The notes under the pieces are model-generated. The model saw only the letters and a list, made by a program, of their open reading frames with translations. It did not search any database and was not told the origin of the DNA. The position numbers were made by a program, and so were the translations under genes. This document shows positions 37,728 through 49,833 of a stretch of DNA of 64,000 bases, piece after piece. Positions within the stretch are counted from its first letter, which is position 1, and every line of letters starts with the position of its first letter. The stretch is from Squalus acanthias (taxonomy: Eukaryota). The DNA lies in NCBI GenBank assembly GCA_030390025.1, contig CM059431.1, forward strand, positions 156,304,001-156,368,000. The letters are read 5' to 3'.

Positions 37728-40511
37728 ATGAAAACAAATCCAGCTTCTAAAACATGTCCCTTGCCTACCTTGAAGAAGTTCTGCTCTTCTCTTCGACGGG
37801 ATTTCCGTTTGGCTCTTCAACCTTGTTCATCTTCATTGATTTCAGTTTCCCTTCTCGTGTTTGATCAGGTATCTGCCAAGACTCGGTTTCACAGCCACAT
37901 TACTTTCCTCAGCAACTGTCTCCGGTTCCGACTTATCCCACGTGGATTCCAACTAAACTTCCACCCTTCGTGTTTCGGATCCACCCAGGATTACAAATAT
38001 CTCCAAGATATTCATCGTTCCTCGAACTACTGCTCTCGCCGCATCTTGAGATCCACGCTCAATGCCATGCGGCGCCACATGAACACTCTCGACATCTCTC
38101 TTCAGCAGCACCGACGCACTCTATCTCAAAGCTGTCCGGGTCCACAGTTCCATTTCATCCTTAGACTCATCCGACGCTTCAACAAAAAACTTTTCTTCTT
38201 CCTTTCCGATGTCAAGGATCGCAAGCTTCAACAACTCTTGGACACTAAAGCCCCTCCGGAACCTTCTTCCCCTTCACTTTCCTCTGACCCCCCTTCTCCC
38301 AATCTCACCCCCTGCCGCGTTTTCACTATCCCCTCTGACCTTCCCCTCTCTGACTCCGAACGATCAGTCCTCAGCAAAGGCCTGAGCTTCATCCCCTTAC
38401 GCCCCCATCTCAATGAATTTCGAGCTCGGCACGATGCTGAGCTCTTTTTCCGCCGCCTCCGTCTCCGTGCCCACTTCTCTGGCCAGGAGTCTTCCCCCCG
38501 CACGGCTGACCCTTTCTCCCGCTTTCAGAATTCTCGTTCCACCTGGACCCCTCCCTCTGGCCTCTTACCCTCTCTTGATCTTTTCATTGCTAACTGCCGC
38601 CGTGACATCGGCCAGCTCAATTTCTCTGCTCCCCTCACTCACTCCAACCTACCTCCCTCTGAACTTGCAGCACTCCATTCTCTCCGATCCAACCCTGACA
38701 TTGTCATTAAACCTGCTGACAAGGGTGGCGCTGTTGTTGTTTGGCGAACCGACCTCTACCTAGCGGAAGTTGAACGCCAACTCTCTGACACCTCCTCCTA
38801 CCTCCACCTGGACCATGACCCCACTACCGAACATCAAGCCACCGTGTCCAAGACTGTCACTGACCTCATCTCCTCTGGAGATCTTCCCCCCACGGCCGCC
38901 AACCTCATAGTTCCCCAACCCCGCACAGCCCTCTTCTACCTCCTTCCCAAGATCCACAAACAGGACTGCCCCGGTAGACCCATCGTTTCAGCCTGTTCTT
39001 GCCCCACGGAACTTATCTCTTCCTATCTCGACTCTATTTTTTCTCCCCTTGTCCAGTCTCTTCCCACCTACATCCGCGACTCTTCCGATGCCCTCCGCCA
39101 TTTTAACAGTTTCCAGTTTCCCGGCCCCAACCGTCTCCTCTTCACTATGGACGTACAATCCCTCTACACCTCCATTCCCCACCAGGATGGCCTGAGGGCG
39201 CTCCGCTTCTTCCTTGAACAGAGGCCCAACCAGTCCCCATCCACCACCACCCTCCTCCGCCTGGCTGAACTTGTTCTCACATTGAACAACTTCTCCTTTG
39301 ACTCTACCCATTTCCTCCAAATTAAAGGTGTTGCTATGGGTACCCGCATGGGTCCTAGCTATGCCTGCCTTTTCGTGGGATATGTGGAACACTCTTTGTT
39401 CCAGTCCTACTCGGGTCCCCTCCCTCACCTCTTTTTCCAGTACATTGATGACTGTATCGGTGCCGTCTCCTGCTCTCGCCCTGAACTAGAACATTTCATT
39501 CACTATGCTTCCAATTTCCACCCTTCCCTCACCTTCACATGGTCCATCTCCGACTCTTCTCTTCCCTTCCTCGACTTCTCCATCTCCATCTCTGGGGATA
39601 GGTTATTGACTAACATTCACTACAAGCCCACCGACTCCCACAGCTACCTGGACTACACTTCCTCCCACCCCGCCTCCTGTAAGGACTCTATTCCATTCTC
39701 CCAGTTTCTCCGTCTCCGCCGCATCTGCTCTGATGATGCCACCTTCCATACCAGTGCTTCCGACATGTCTTCCTTTTTCCTCAACCGAGGATTCCCCTCT
39801 ACCGTGGTCGACACGGCCCTCGACCGTGTCCGTTCTATCTCCCGCACATCTGCCCTCACCCCTGCCCCTCCCTCCCGGAACCACGATAGGGTTCCCCTTG
39901 TCCTCACCTTTCACCCCACCAGCCTCCACATTCAACGGATCATCCTCCGCCATTTCCGCCACCTCCAGCGTGATCCCACCACCAAACACATCTTCCCCTC
40001 ACCTCCCCTTTCAGCATTCCGCAGGGACCGCTCCCTCCGCGACACCCTAGTCCACTCCTCTACCACCCCCAGCACCCCTTCCCCTTCGCCCGGCACCTTC
40101 CCGTGCACGCGCAGGAGATGCAACACATGCCCTTATACCTCCCCTCTTCCCACTGTCCAGGGCCCCAAACACCCCTTCCAGGTGAAACAGCGATTTACTT
40201 GTACTTCCTGCAATTTAGTATACTGTATTCGCTGCTCACGATGTGGACTCCTCTACATTGGGGAGACCAAACGCAGATTGGGTGACCGCTTTGCGGAACA
40301 CCTCCGTTCAGTCCGTAAGGGGGACCCCGAGCTCCCGGTGGCCTGTCACTTTAATTCACCGCTTCACTCCCACTCTGACCTCACCGTCCTCGGCCTAATA
40401 CACTGCTCCACGGAAGCTCAGCGTAAGCTCGAGGAACAGCACCTCATCTTTCGTTTAGGCACGCTACAGCCCTCTGGACTCAATATCGAGTTCAACAATT
40501 TTAGATCATAA
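37728..40511 (+). CDS. Penelope-like RT-GIY-YIG polyprotein (927 codons open; first ~11 codons come from the flanking CR1)
   Basis: IKPADKG, YLLPKIHK, PGRPIVS, DVQSLYTSI, GVAMGTRMGP, YIDD, LPFLD, CTRRRCNTC linker, VYCIRCSRCGLLYIGET, GLN end. Confidence 0.93.
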   Translation: MKTNPASKTCPLPTLKKFCSSLRRDFRLALQPCSSSLISVSLLVFDQVSAKTRFHSHITFLSNCLRFRLIPRGFQLNFHPSCFGSTQDYKYLQDIHRSSNYCSRRILRSTLNAMRRHMNTLDISLQQHRRTLSQSCPGPQFHFILRLIRRFNKKLFFFLSDVKDRKLQQLLDTKAPPEPSSPSLSSDPPSPNLTPCRVFTIPSDLPLSDSERSVLSKGLSFIPLRPHLNEFRARHDAELFFRRLRLRAHFSGQESSPRTADPFSRFQNSRSTWTPPSGLLPSLDLFIANCRRDIGQLNFSAPLTHSNLPPSELAALHSLRSNPDIVIKPADKGGAVVVWRTDLYLAEVERQLSDTSSYLHLDHDPTTEHQATVSKTVTDLISSGDLPPTAANLIVPQPRTALFYLLPKIHKQDCPGRPIVSACSCPTELISSYLDSIFSPLVQSLPTYIRDSSDALRHFNSFQFPGPNRLLFTMDVQSLYTSIPHQDGLRALRFFLEQRPNQSPSTTTLLRLAELVLTLNNFSFDSTHFLQIKGVAMGTRMGPSYACLFVGYVEHSLFQSYSGPLPHLFFQYIDDCIGAVSCSRPELEHFIHYASNFHPSLTFTWSISDSSLPFLDFSISISGDRLLTNIHYKPTDSHSYLDYTSSHPASCKDSIPFSQFLRLRRICSDDATFHTSASDMSSFFLNRGFPSTVVDTALDRVRSISRTSALTPAPPSRNHDRVPLVLTFHPTSLHIQRIILRHFRHLQRDPTTKHIFPSPPLSAFRRDRSLRDTLVHSSTTPSTPSPSPGTFPCTRRRCNTCPYTSPLPTVQGPKHPFQVKQRFTCTSCNLVYCIRCSRCGLLYIGETKRRLGDRFAEHLRSVRKGDPELPVACHFNSPLHSHSDLTVLGLIHCSTEAQRKLEEQHLIFRLGTLQPSGLNIEFNNFRS

Positions 40512-40884
40512 CCTCAGCTCCAATCACATTTATATTTTATTTTATCCACCCTTTTATTTGTCCCCCCCACCTTTTTTTTCCTCCTAGAAGCTGGCAGCTG
40601 TCCTTCATTCTGCCAGTAGATTTCACACTTCATTCAGCCTTAATCTGTCACATTAACACCACCTCTAGCCTTGCATATCTCTTAATGTCTCTTAATGTCT
40701 CTTCATCTCCTCCTTTGTTCCTTTATCCCCTCCCCCTTTTCCCAGCTTTACCCTGGCCTTAAATCTATTTGATTTCCAGCTCTTCCCAGTTCTGATGAAA
40801 GGTCATCGACCTGAAACGTCAACTCTCTTTCTCTCTCCACGGATGCTGCCTGGCCTGCTGAGTTTTTCCAGCGTTTTCTGTTGT
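37761..40884 (+). mobile_element. Penelope-like element C (Neptune type) with open ORF and 3' pseudo-LTR
   Basis: RT + GIY-YIG ORF followed by terminal repeat with hammerhead motif; possible short TSD t(g/a)tccct. Confidence 0.93.
40787..40824 (+). ncRNA. Minimal hammerhead ribozyme motif in the Penelope pseudo-LTR
   Basis: agtt-CTGATGA-a-aggtc-atc-gacct-GAAA-cgtc-aact: intact core boxes, stem II, short stem I. Confidence 0.8.
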
Positions 40885-43451
40885 TATCCCTGTAGCTACG
40901 ATGCCCCATCCAGTGAACCATTCTTTTAAATCTCCTCTGCAACCTCACAAGGGCCTTCACATTCTTCCAAAAGTGTGGTCAATAGAACTGGATGGAATAC
41001 TCCAGTTGTGGCCTAACCAGCGCTTTATAAAGGTTCAGCAGAAATTCACTACTTTTGTACTCAATACCGCTATTTTTGAAGCCCAAGATCCCATATGCTT
41101 TGCTAACCGCTCTCTGAAAATGTCCTGCCACCTTCAGGGACCTATGCACATTAACTCCCATGTCCCTTTGTCCCTACACACTATTTAAAAATGTGCCATC
41201 AAGTGTATACTGCCTCTCCCTGTTCCTTCTGGCAAAATGCATCACCTGACACTTCTCTGTAATAAATTCCATCTGCCACTTCTCTGACCATTCTGCTAGC
41301 ATTTCTATGTCCTGTTGCAGTCGAGTGGTATCATCCTCACTGTTTGCCATACCCTAAAGCTGGTGTCATCGGCAAATATAGAATTTCAACTCTGTATTCC
41401 AATATCCAGATCATTTATATATATCATAAAAAAGCAATGGCCCTAGCACTGACATTTAGGGAACACTACTGCCTACAACTCTCCAGTCTGAAAAACAGCC
41501 ATTTACTACAATTCGCTAATTTCTGTCCTTCAGCGAATTCCTTATACAAGCTGTCACTTAGAAACACATTCCATGAGCCTCAATTGTGTTAACCAACCTT
41601 CTATGTGGTATTTTGTCAAAGGCTTTCTGAAAATCCATGTGGAATTCTTAAAGTGCATCCAGGAGAGCTTTTTGAGCCAGCATGTAGAAAGTCCTAGAAG
41701 AGAGGGGGCGGTACTGGACCTAAATCTCGGGAATGTAGCCGGGCAAGTGGTAGAAGTGTTAGTAGGAGAGCTTTTTGGTGACAGTGACCATAATTCGGTG
41801 AGATTTAAGGTAATCATGGAAAAGGACAAAGATGGAACGGAAATAAAGGTTCTAAATTGGGAGAAGGCTGATTTTAATATGATAAGGCAGGATCTGGCCA
41901 AAGTGGACTGGGATCAGCTACTTGCAAGAAAATCCACATCAGGACAGTGGGAGTCATTCAGAAAGGAAATAGAGAGAGTACAATGCCAACATGTTCCAGT
42001 AAAGGTCAAGGGTGGCACCAACAAGTCCAGCGAACTCTGCATGTCAAGGGATATACAAGAATGGATTAGGAAAAAAGGGAGGCTTTTGGCAGATAAACAG
42101 GACTAAAACAGTGGAAGCCCGAGAGGAGTATACAAAGTGCAGGATAGATAAATTAAAAGAGAAATTAGGAGAGCGAAAAGGGGGCATGAAATAACACTGG
42201 CAGCCAAAACAAAGGAAAATCCCAAGGTGTTTTATCAGTATATTAAGGGCAAGGGGATAACCAGGGAAAGAGTAGGGCCCATTAGGGAGCAAAGTGGCAA
42301 TTTGTAGAGCCGGAAGATGTAGGTGAGGTTTCAAATAAATATTTTGCATCTGTGTTCACTATGGAGAAGGTAGTTGTAGGCATAGAAATCAGGCAGGGGG
42401 ATTGTGATATACTTGAACAAATTATCACTGAGAGGGAGGAGGTATTAGCGGTTTTAGCAGGCTTAAAAGTGGATAAATCCCCAGGCCCACACGAGATGTA
42501 TCGCAGGCTGCTGTGTGGGGCAGGGGAGGAGATTACAGGGGCTCTGACACAAATTTTCTGAACCTCTCTGGCCGCAGGGGAGGTGCCAGAGGACTGAAGG
42601 GCAGCTAACGTAGCACCATTATTCAAGAAGGATATTAGCAATAAACCAGGGAATTACACACCAGTGAGCCTAACATCAGAGGCAGGGAAATTATTAGAAA
42701 AAATTCTGAGGGACAGAATTAGTCTCCACTTGGAGAGGCAAGAATTAATCAAGGATAGTCAGCATGTCTTTGTCAGGGTGAGATCATGTCTAAACAAATT
42801 GTTTGAATTTTTCGATGTGGTGTCCTGGTGTGTGGATGAGGGTAGTGCAGTTGATGTAGTCTACATGGACTTCAGTAAGGCTTTTGACAAAGTCCCGCAT
42901 GGGAGACTGGTCAAGAAGGTAAGAGCCCATGTGATCCAGGGCAATTTGGCACATTGGATCCAAAACTGGCTCAGTGGCAAGAGGCAGAGGGTGATGGTCG
43001 AAGGTTGTTTTTCTGACTGGAAGCCTGTGTGCAGTGGTATACCGCAGGGATCGGTGCTCAGTCTCTTGCAGTTTGTAGTGTACATTAATGATTTAGATAT
43101 GAATGCAGGAAGTATGATCAGTAAGTTCGCAGATGACACGAATATTGGTGGAGTGGTAAATAGCGAGGAGGGAAGCCTTAGGCGACAGGACGGTATAGAT
43201 GGGTTGGTTTCGATGGGCAGAACAGTGGCAAATTGAATTTAACGCTGAAAAGTGTGAGGTTTTGCATTTTGGGAGGACTAACAAGTCAAGGGATTACACA
43301 TTGAATAGTAGGACACTAGGAAGGATAGAGGATCAGAGATAACCTTGGTGTGCATGTACATAGATCCGTGAAGGCAGCAGGACAGGTAGATAAGGTGGTT
43401 AAAAAGGCATATGGGATACTTGCCTTCATTAGCCGAGGCATAGAATATAAG

Positions 43452-45949
43452 TGACAAGTCGCACAACACCAGGTTATAGTCCAACAGCTTTATTTGAAAT
43501 CACAAGCTTTCGGAGCTCTGCTCCTTCGTCAGGTGAAGTGAAGAAATACATATGGGCACAGCATAAATAGTCAGAGAACAATGTCAGACCACTACAGTTA
43601 ATATTTCTAACTGTCCTTTATCACACCTCGGCAGAGAGACAATCACGGTAATCAAAGGTGTGGATGGTGTCCAACCAGGTCAGCCAGGAAGACATTACAT
43701 CAAAGACGATAGCAAAATACTACAAAGACAATTAGTTGGGGTCACAATGCGTCAAATGTAGCAGCTGCTGGAGTCGGTATGGAAATCAAAATTTGTTTTT
43801 GCTTTTTTTGCTGGAAATTACAGCAGGCCGCATCTGTGTAGAGAGAAAAAGCCAAGGACGACTCGAGTCTGGATGACTCTGCGTCAGGTGGGGTTACATG
43901 TAGCGTGACATGAACCCAAGATCACGGTTGAGGCCGTCCTCATGGGAGCGGAACTTGGCTATCAGTTTCTGCTCGATGATTTTTCGTTGTCGTGCGTCTC
44001 GAAGGCCGCCTTGGAGAACGCTTACCTGAAGATGGGAGGCTGAATGTCCTTGACTGCTGAAGTGTTCCCCGACTGGGAGGTAACACTCCTGCCTGGTGAT
44101 TGTTGCGTGGTGTCCGTTCATACGTTGTCGCAGTGTCTGCATGGTCTCGCCGATGTACGTAGCTCCGGGGCATTCTTTCCTGCTATGTATGAGATAGACA
44201 ATGTTGGCCGAGTCACATGAGTATGTACAATGTACCTGGTGGGCAGTGTCCTCACGTGTGATGATGGTATCTGTGTTGATGATCTGGCATGTCTTGCCGA
44301 GGTTGCCGTGGCAGGGTTGTGTGGTGTCGTGGTCGCTGTTCTCCTGAAAGCTGGGTAATTTGCTGCGAACGTTGGTACTTTTGAGGTTAGGCGGCTGTTT
44401 GAAGGCGAGTAGTGCAGGCGTGGGGATGGCCTTAGCGAGGTGTTCGTCTTCATCGATGACATGTTGAAGACTGCGAAGAACATGGCGTAGTTTCTCCGCT
44501 CCGGGGAAGTACTGGACGATGTAGGGTACTCTGTTGGTTGTGTCCCATGTACGTCTTCTGAGGAGGTCTATGCGATTTTTCGCTGTGGCCCGTCGGAACT
44601 GTCCATCGACGAGTCGAGCGTTATATCCCGTTCATACGCGGTCGTCTTTCAGCGTCCGTAGGTGTCCATCGCATTCCTCCTCTTCTGAGCAGACGAGGAG
44701 GAAAGCGATGGACACCTACGGACGCTGAAAGACGCCCTCGTAAGAACGGGATATAACGCTGGACTCGTCGATCGACAGTTCCGACGGGCCACAGCGAAAA
44801 ATCGCATAGACCTCCTCAGAAGACGAACACGGGACACAACCAATAGAGTACCCTACGTCGTCCAGTACTTTACCAGAGCGGAGAAACTTCGCCATGTTCT
44901 TCGCAGCCTTCAACATGTCATCGATGACGACGAACACCTCGCTAAGGCCATCCCCAGGACTCCACTACTCGCCTACAAACAGCTGACTAACCTCAAAAGT
45001 ACCATCGTTCGCAGCAAATTACCAAGCTTTCAGGAGAACAGCGACCACGACACCACACAACCCTGCCACGGCAACCTCTGCAAGACATACCAGATCATCA
45101 ACACAGATACCATCATCACACGTGAGGACACTACCCACCAGGTACCTGGTACATACTCATGTGACTCGGCCAACGTTGTCTGCCTCATACGTTGCAGGAA
45201 AGGATGCCCTGGAGCATGGTACATCGGCGAGACATTGCAGACAGTGCGACAACGTATGAACGGACACCGCGCAGCAATCACCAGGCAGGAGTGTTACCTC
45301 CCAGTCGGGGAACACTTCAGCAGTCAAGGACATTCAGCCTCCCATCTTCGGGTAAGCGTTCACCATGGCGTCCTTCGAGACACACGACAACGCAAAATCA
45401 TCGAGCAGAAACTGATAGCCAAGTTCCGCACCCATGAGGACGGCCTCAAGCGGGATCTTGGGTTCCTGTCACGCTACATGTAACCACACCTGATGTAGAG
45501 TAGTCCAAACTCGAGTCGTCGCTGGTTTGTTCTCGCTACACAGATGCGGCCTGCTGTAATTTCCAGCAAAAAAGGTAAAAAATGCTTTTGTTTCCCATAC
45601 AGACTCCAGCAGCTGCCACATTTGACCCATTGTGACCCCACCTCATTGTCTTTGTCGTATTTTGCTATCGTCTTTGATGTAATGTCTTCCTGACTGACCT
45701 GGTTGGACACCATCCACACCTTTGATTGCCGTGATTGTCTGTCTGCCGAGGAGTGATAAAGGGCAGTTAGAAAGATTAACTGTAGTCGTCTGGCATTGTT
45801 CTCTGACTATTTATGCTGTGCCCGTATGTATTCCTTCACTTCACCTGACGAAGGAGCAGTGATTTCTAATAAAGCTGTTGGCCTATAAGCTGGTGTTGTG
45901 CGACTTCTCACTTTTGTCCACCCCAGTCCAACACAGGCATCTCCGCATT
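43452..45949. mobile_element. Penelope-like element D (second Neptune-type family): two 3' halves in inverted orientation, 12-bp TSD
   Basis: Arms ~43451-44687 (minus) and 44690-45911 (plus); encode PCHGNLCKT, YIGET, HEDGL(N/K)RDLGF; TSD atagaatataag at 43440-43451 and 45950-45961. Confidence 0.92.
43501..43537 (-). ncRNA. Hammerhead ribozyme motif, left arm of element D
   Basis: Minus strand cac-CTGACGA-a-ggagc-aga-gctcc-GAAA-gctt-gtg. Confidence 0.8.
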
Positions 45950-46641
45950 ATAGAATATAAGAGCAGGGATGTTATGATGGAGCTGTACAAAACGCTAATT
46001 AGGCCACAGCAGTAATATTCTGTGCAGTTCTGGTCTGCACACTATAGGAAGGATGTGATTGCATTGGAGAGGGTGCAGAGGAGATTCACCAGGATGTTAC
46101 CTGGACTGCAGGGCTTCAGCTATGAAGATAGACTGTACAGGCTGGGGTTGTTTACCTTAGAGCAGAGAAGGCTGACGGGGGACCAGATTGATGTGTTCAA
46201 AATTATGAGGGGCATACATAGGGTAGATAGAAAATAACTTTTGCCCTTAGTAGAGGGGTGAAAAACCAGGGGACATAGATTCAAGGTAAGAGGCAGGAGG
46301 TTTAGAGTGGATTTGAGGAAAAACTTTTTCACCCAGATGGTGGTTGGAATCTGGAATTCACTGCCTGAAAGGATGGTAGAGGCAGGAACCCTCACAACAT
46401 TCACGAAGCATTTATATGAGCACTTGAAACGCCATAGCATACAAGGCTACGGACCATGTGGTGGAAAATGAGATTAGAATAGACAGGTCTTGATGCCCGG
46501 TGCAGACACGATGGGCTGAAGGGCCTCTTTCTGTGCTGTATAACTTTATGACTCTATCCATTGCATTCCCTTCATTAATCCTCTGTTACTTCATCAACAA
46601 ATTTCAATTAGATCAGTCAAACACGATCTGCATTTTACAAA

Positions 46642-48291
46642 AGCAAAATACTGCGGATGCTGGAAATCTGAAATAAAAAACAGAAAATGCTGAAAATACT
46701 CAGCAGGTCAGGCAGCATCTATGGAGAGAGAAACAGAGTTAACGTTCCAGGTCGATGACCCTTCGTCAGAACTGGAAAAAGCTGGAGATGGAACAAGTTT
46801 TAATGCAAGTGCAGGGGCAGGAAAAGGGGGGAGGGGCGGAAAGAACAAAAGGGGAGGTCTGTGAAAGGATGGAAGGTAGGAGATATTAAGACATAAAGAG
46901 AGATTAAGAGATGGTGCAACGCAAAAGGAGATGGTAATGGGACAAATAGGGAAACCAAAATGCCTCTAGATGAAATGTAAATGGCACTAGCAGAATAAAA
47001 GACAGCGGTCATGTGGGAGAGAGAAAAAATAAATCAATAAAATAAATAAAATAAATGGCAAAATAGGATAGGTCCAGAGGTTATGGTCTGAAATTGTTGA
47101 ACGCTATGTTCTGTCCAGAAGGCTGCAAAGTGCCTAAGCGAAAGGTGTGGTGCTGTTCCTCAAACTTGCGTTGAGCTTCATTGGATCAGTGTAAGAGGCC
47201 GAAGACGGTCAGCTCTGAGAGGGAGTGGAGCGGAGAATTAAAGTGACAGGCGACCGTAAGCTCGAGGTAACCGTTACGGACTGACCGGAGGTGTTCAGCA
47301 AAGCGGTCACCCATTCTGCGTTTGGTCTCCCAATGCAGAGGAGATGACATCGTGTGCAGCGAATACATTATACTAAATTTGAAGAAGTACATGTAAATCA
47401 CTGTTGACCTAGCAGGAGTGTTTGGGGCCCTGGACAGTGGGAAGGGTGGAGCTAAAAGTGCATGTGTTGCATCTCCAGCGCTTGCAAGGGAAGGAGCTGG
47501 GCGAAGGGGAAGGGAGGTTGGGGGTGATAGAAGAGTGGACCAGTGTGCCTCGGTGGTAGCGGTCCCTTCGGAATGCTGAAAGGGGAGGTGAGGGGAAGAT
47601 CTGTTTGGTGGTGGGATCATACTGGAGTTGCCGGAAATGGCGGAGGATGATCCATTGAATTTGAAGGCTGGTGGGGTGAAAGGTGATACAAGGGGAACCC
47701 TATCGTGGTTCCGGGAGGGAGGGGTAGGGGTGAGAGCAGAATTGCGTGAACTAGAATGGACACAGTCAAGGGCCGTGTCAACCGCGGTAGAGGGGAGTCC
47801 TCGGTTGAGGAAAAAGGAAGACAAGTCGGAAACACTAATATGGAAGGTGGAATTGTCAGACTCGATGCGGCGGAGATGGAGAAACTGGGAGAATGGATTA
47901 GAGTCCTTTCAGGAAGCGGGGTGGGAGGAAGTTTTTCTCTCTCCGACATGGCAGATGTCTTTCTTTCTGCCAGTGCCATTTACACATCATCTAGAGCCAT
48001 TTGTTGTTTCTTTACTTGTCCCATCACCATCTCCTTTTGCCTTGCACAATCTCTTAACCTCTCTTAATGTCTCTTAATCTCTCCTGCCTTCCATTCAATC
48101 TGAGACCTTCCATTTTGTTATTAACTCCCCGCCCCCGCTTTCCCTGCCCCTGCACTTCCTAAAAAAGCTGTTCCATCTCCAGCTTTTCCAGTTCCGACGA
48201 AGGGTCATGGACCTGAAACGTTAACTTTGTTTCTCTCTTCCCAGATGTTGCCAGAGCTGCTGAGTACTTCCAGCATTTTCTGATTTTTATT
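46642..48291 (-). mobile_element. Penelope-like element F (related to C): truncated minus copy with an inverted pseudo-LTR at 47933-48291
   Basis: Minus ORF matches the C-terminus of element C (NHDRVPLV, GDRFAEHLRSV); ~360-bp inverted repeats; ~15-bp imperfect TSD tctgcattttacaaa/tctgccatttacaaa; mutated hammerhead cores at ~46735-46775 and ~48190-48225. Confidence 0.88.
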
Positions 48292-49833
48292 TCTGCCATT
48301 TACAAATCCGTGTTGGCTCTTCGTAATTAGCTTAACCTCTCCAACTGCCCGTTAATTTTTTTCTTGATTATTGTTTCTAAATCTGTACCCACTACTGATG
48401 TTAAACTGACGAGCCTGTGGTTACTAGAATTGTCCTTACACCCATTCATTGAACAATGCTGTCACATTTGCCACTTTCCAATCCTTAAGCCCTCCCCCGC
48501 AGCTGGGGCAGTTTGGAAAAGTATGGCAAGCGCTTCTGCTATCTCCTCCCACAACTCCCTTATAAACCTGGGATTCAAGCCATCTGGACCAGGCGACCTG
48601 TCGACTCTAAGCATAAGCAACCTTTTCTAATACATCCTTTCTATCAATTTTCATCCCTTCCATTGCTTCTAACTTTTCCACTTCTACCGATATTTTGTCA
48701 GCATCCACCGCCTTAGTAATCACGGATACAAATTACCCATTGAGTATTCTAGCCTTGCCCTGCACCTCAAAGGATATATCACCTTTTTTCCCGCATAGGC
48801 CCCACCCGCCTCTTACTACCCACTTACTGATTACATGCCGGTAGAAGATTTTTTGTTTCTCTTTTATGTTAACCGCCATTCTACTCTCATATTCTCTCTT
48901 TGCCAATCTTATTTTCACCTTCACTTCCCCTGTCAACTTATTGAATTTGGTCTGGTCCTCCCTTGAAGAATTCACATGACATGCATCATACACGCTCTTT
49001 TTTGTGTTAACATCTTCTCTGTCTCCCTCGTCATCCAAGGAGCTCTTACTTTGGTTCCCTTACCATTCCCTCTTGTTGGAATGTACCTAGCCTGTACTTG
49101 GAGCATCTCCTCCTTAAAGATCATCCATTGTTCCATTACAGTTTTTCTTGTCAGGCTTTGGTTCCATTTTACCCTGGCTAGATCCTTTCGCATTCCATTG
49201 AAGTTAGTCCTATTCCAGTTTAGAAGTTCCACTCTAGATTGTTACTTGCTCCTCTCCATTACTAACCTAATCCTTATGATACGATGATCACTCGTACCCA
49301 AGTGTTCTCCCACAGACACTTGGTCGAAGTCGCCCACCTCAATCCCCAGCACCAGATCCAGCAATGCCTCCTTCCTATTTGGCCCTAAAACATATTGGTC
49401 AAGGAAATTCTCCAGAACACCTTTCAGAATTTCTTCCCCCTCCTTTCCCTTAACGCTAGTGTTATTCCAATCGATATTTGGGTTATTGAAGTCCCCCAAT
49501 ATCACCTCTCTGTAGCTTTTGTATATATGTGCGATTTCCCTGCAGGTTTGCTCCTCTACCTCCCTCTCACTATTTGGAGGCGTATAGAATACCCACAATA
49601 GCGTGATCATACTCTTTTTGCTCCTCAACTCTCGGCCAATGGATTATGTCCTTGTCCTCTCAAGAACATCCTCGCTATCCAACACTACAATGACTTCCTT
49701 AATCAGCACTGCCACCCCACCTCCGTGTTTTCTCCTTCCTTATCTTTTCTGAACAACTTGTACCCTTGAATATTAAGTGTCCTGGCCTCACCGTTTCAAG
49801 CCACGTTTCCGTTATTGCCACAACATCATATTT

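Larger units (their letters stand above)
41639..46557 (+). mobile_element. CR1 element E (5'-truncated, decayed), split by palindromic Penelope D
   Basis: EFLKCIQES, GDSDHN, YMDFSKAFDKVPH, FADD; resumes at 45950 (EYKSRDVM); tail gatgggctgaagggcctctttctgtgctgta. Confidence 0.9.
33384..49833 (-). mobile_element. Outer CR1 of the nest (element A), ~2.8 kb in five pieces: 33384-33429, 37386-37760, 40885-41640, 46557-46641, 48292-49833
   Basis: Pieces join collinearly from EN (YDVVAITETW near 49830, ILGDFN, SDH) through RT (VSKAYGILG, RPQLEYS) to the tail cacagaaggaggccat..gcccatcgagtc. Confidence 0.8.

Noticed and set aside
38228..40126. Several antisense ORFs over the Penelope ORF and over CR1 ORFs
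   Set aside because: Shadow frames of compositionally biased coding sequence with no independent motifs
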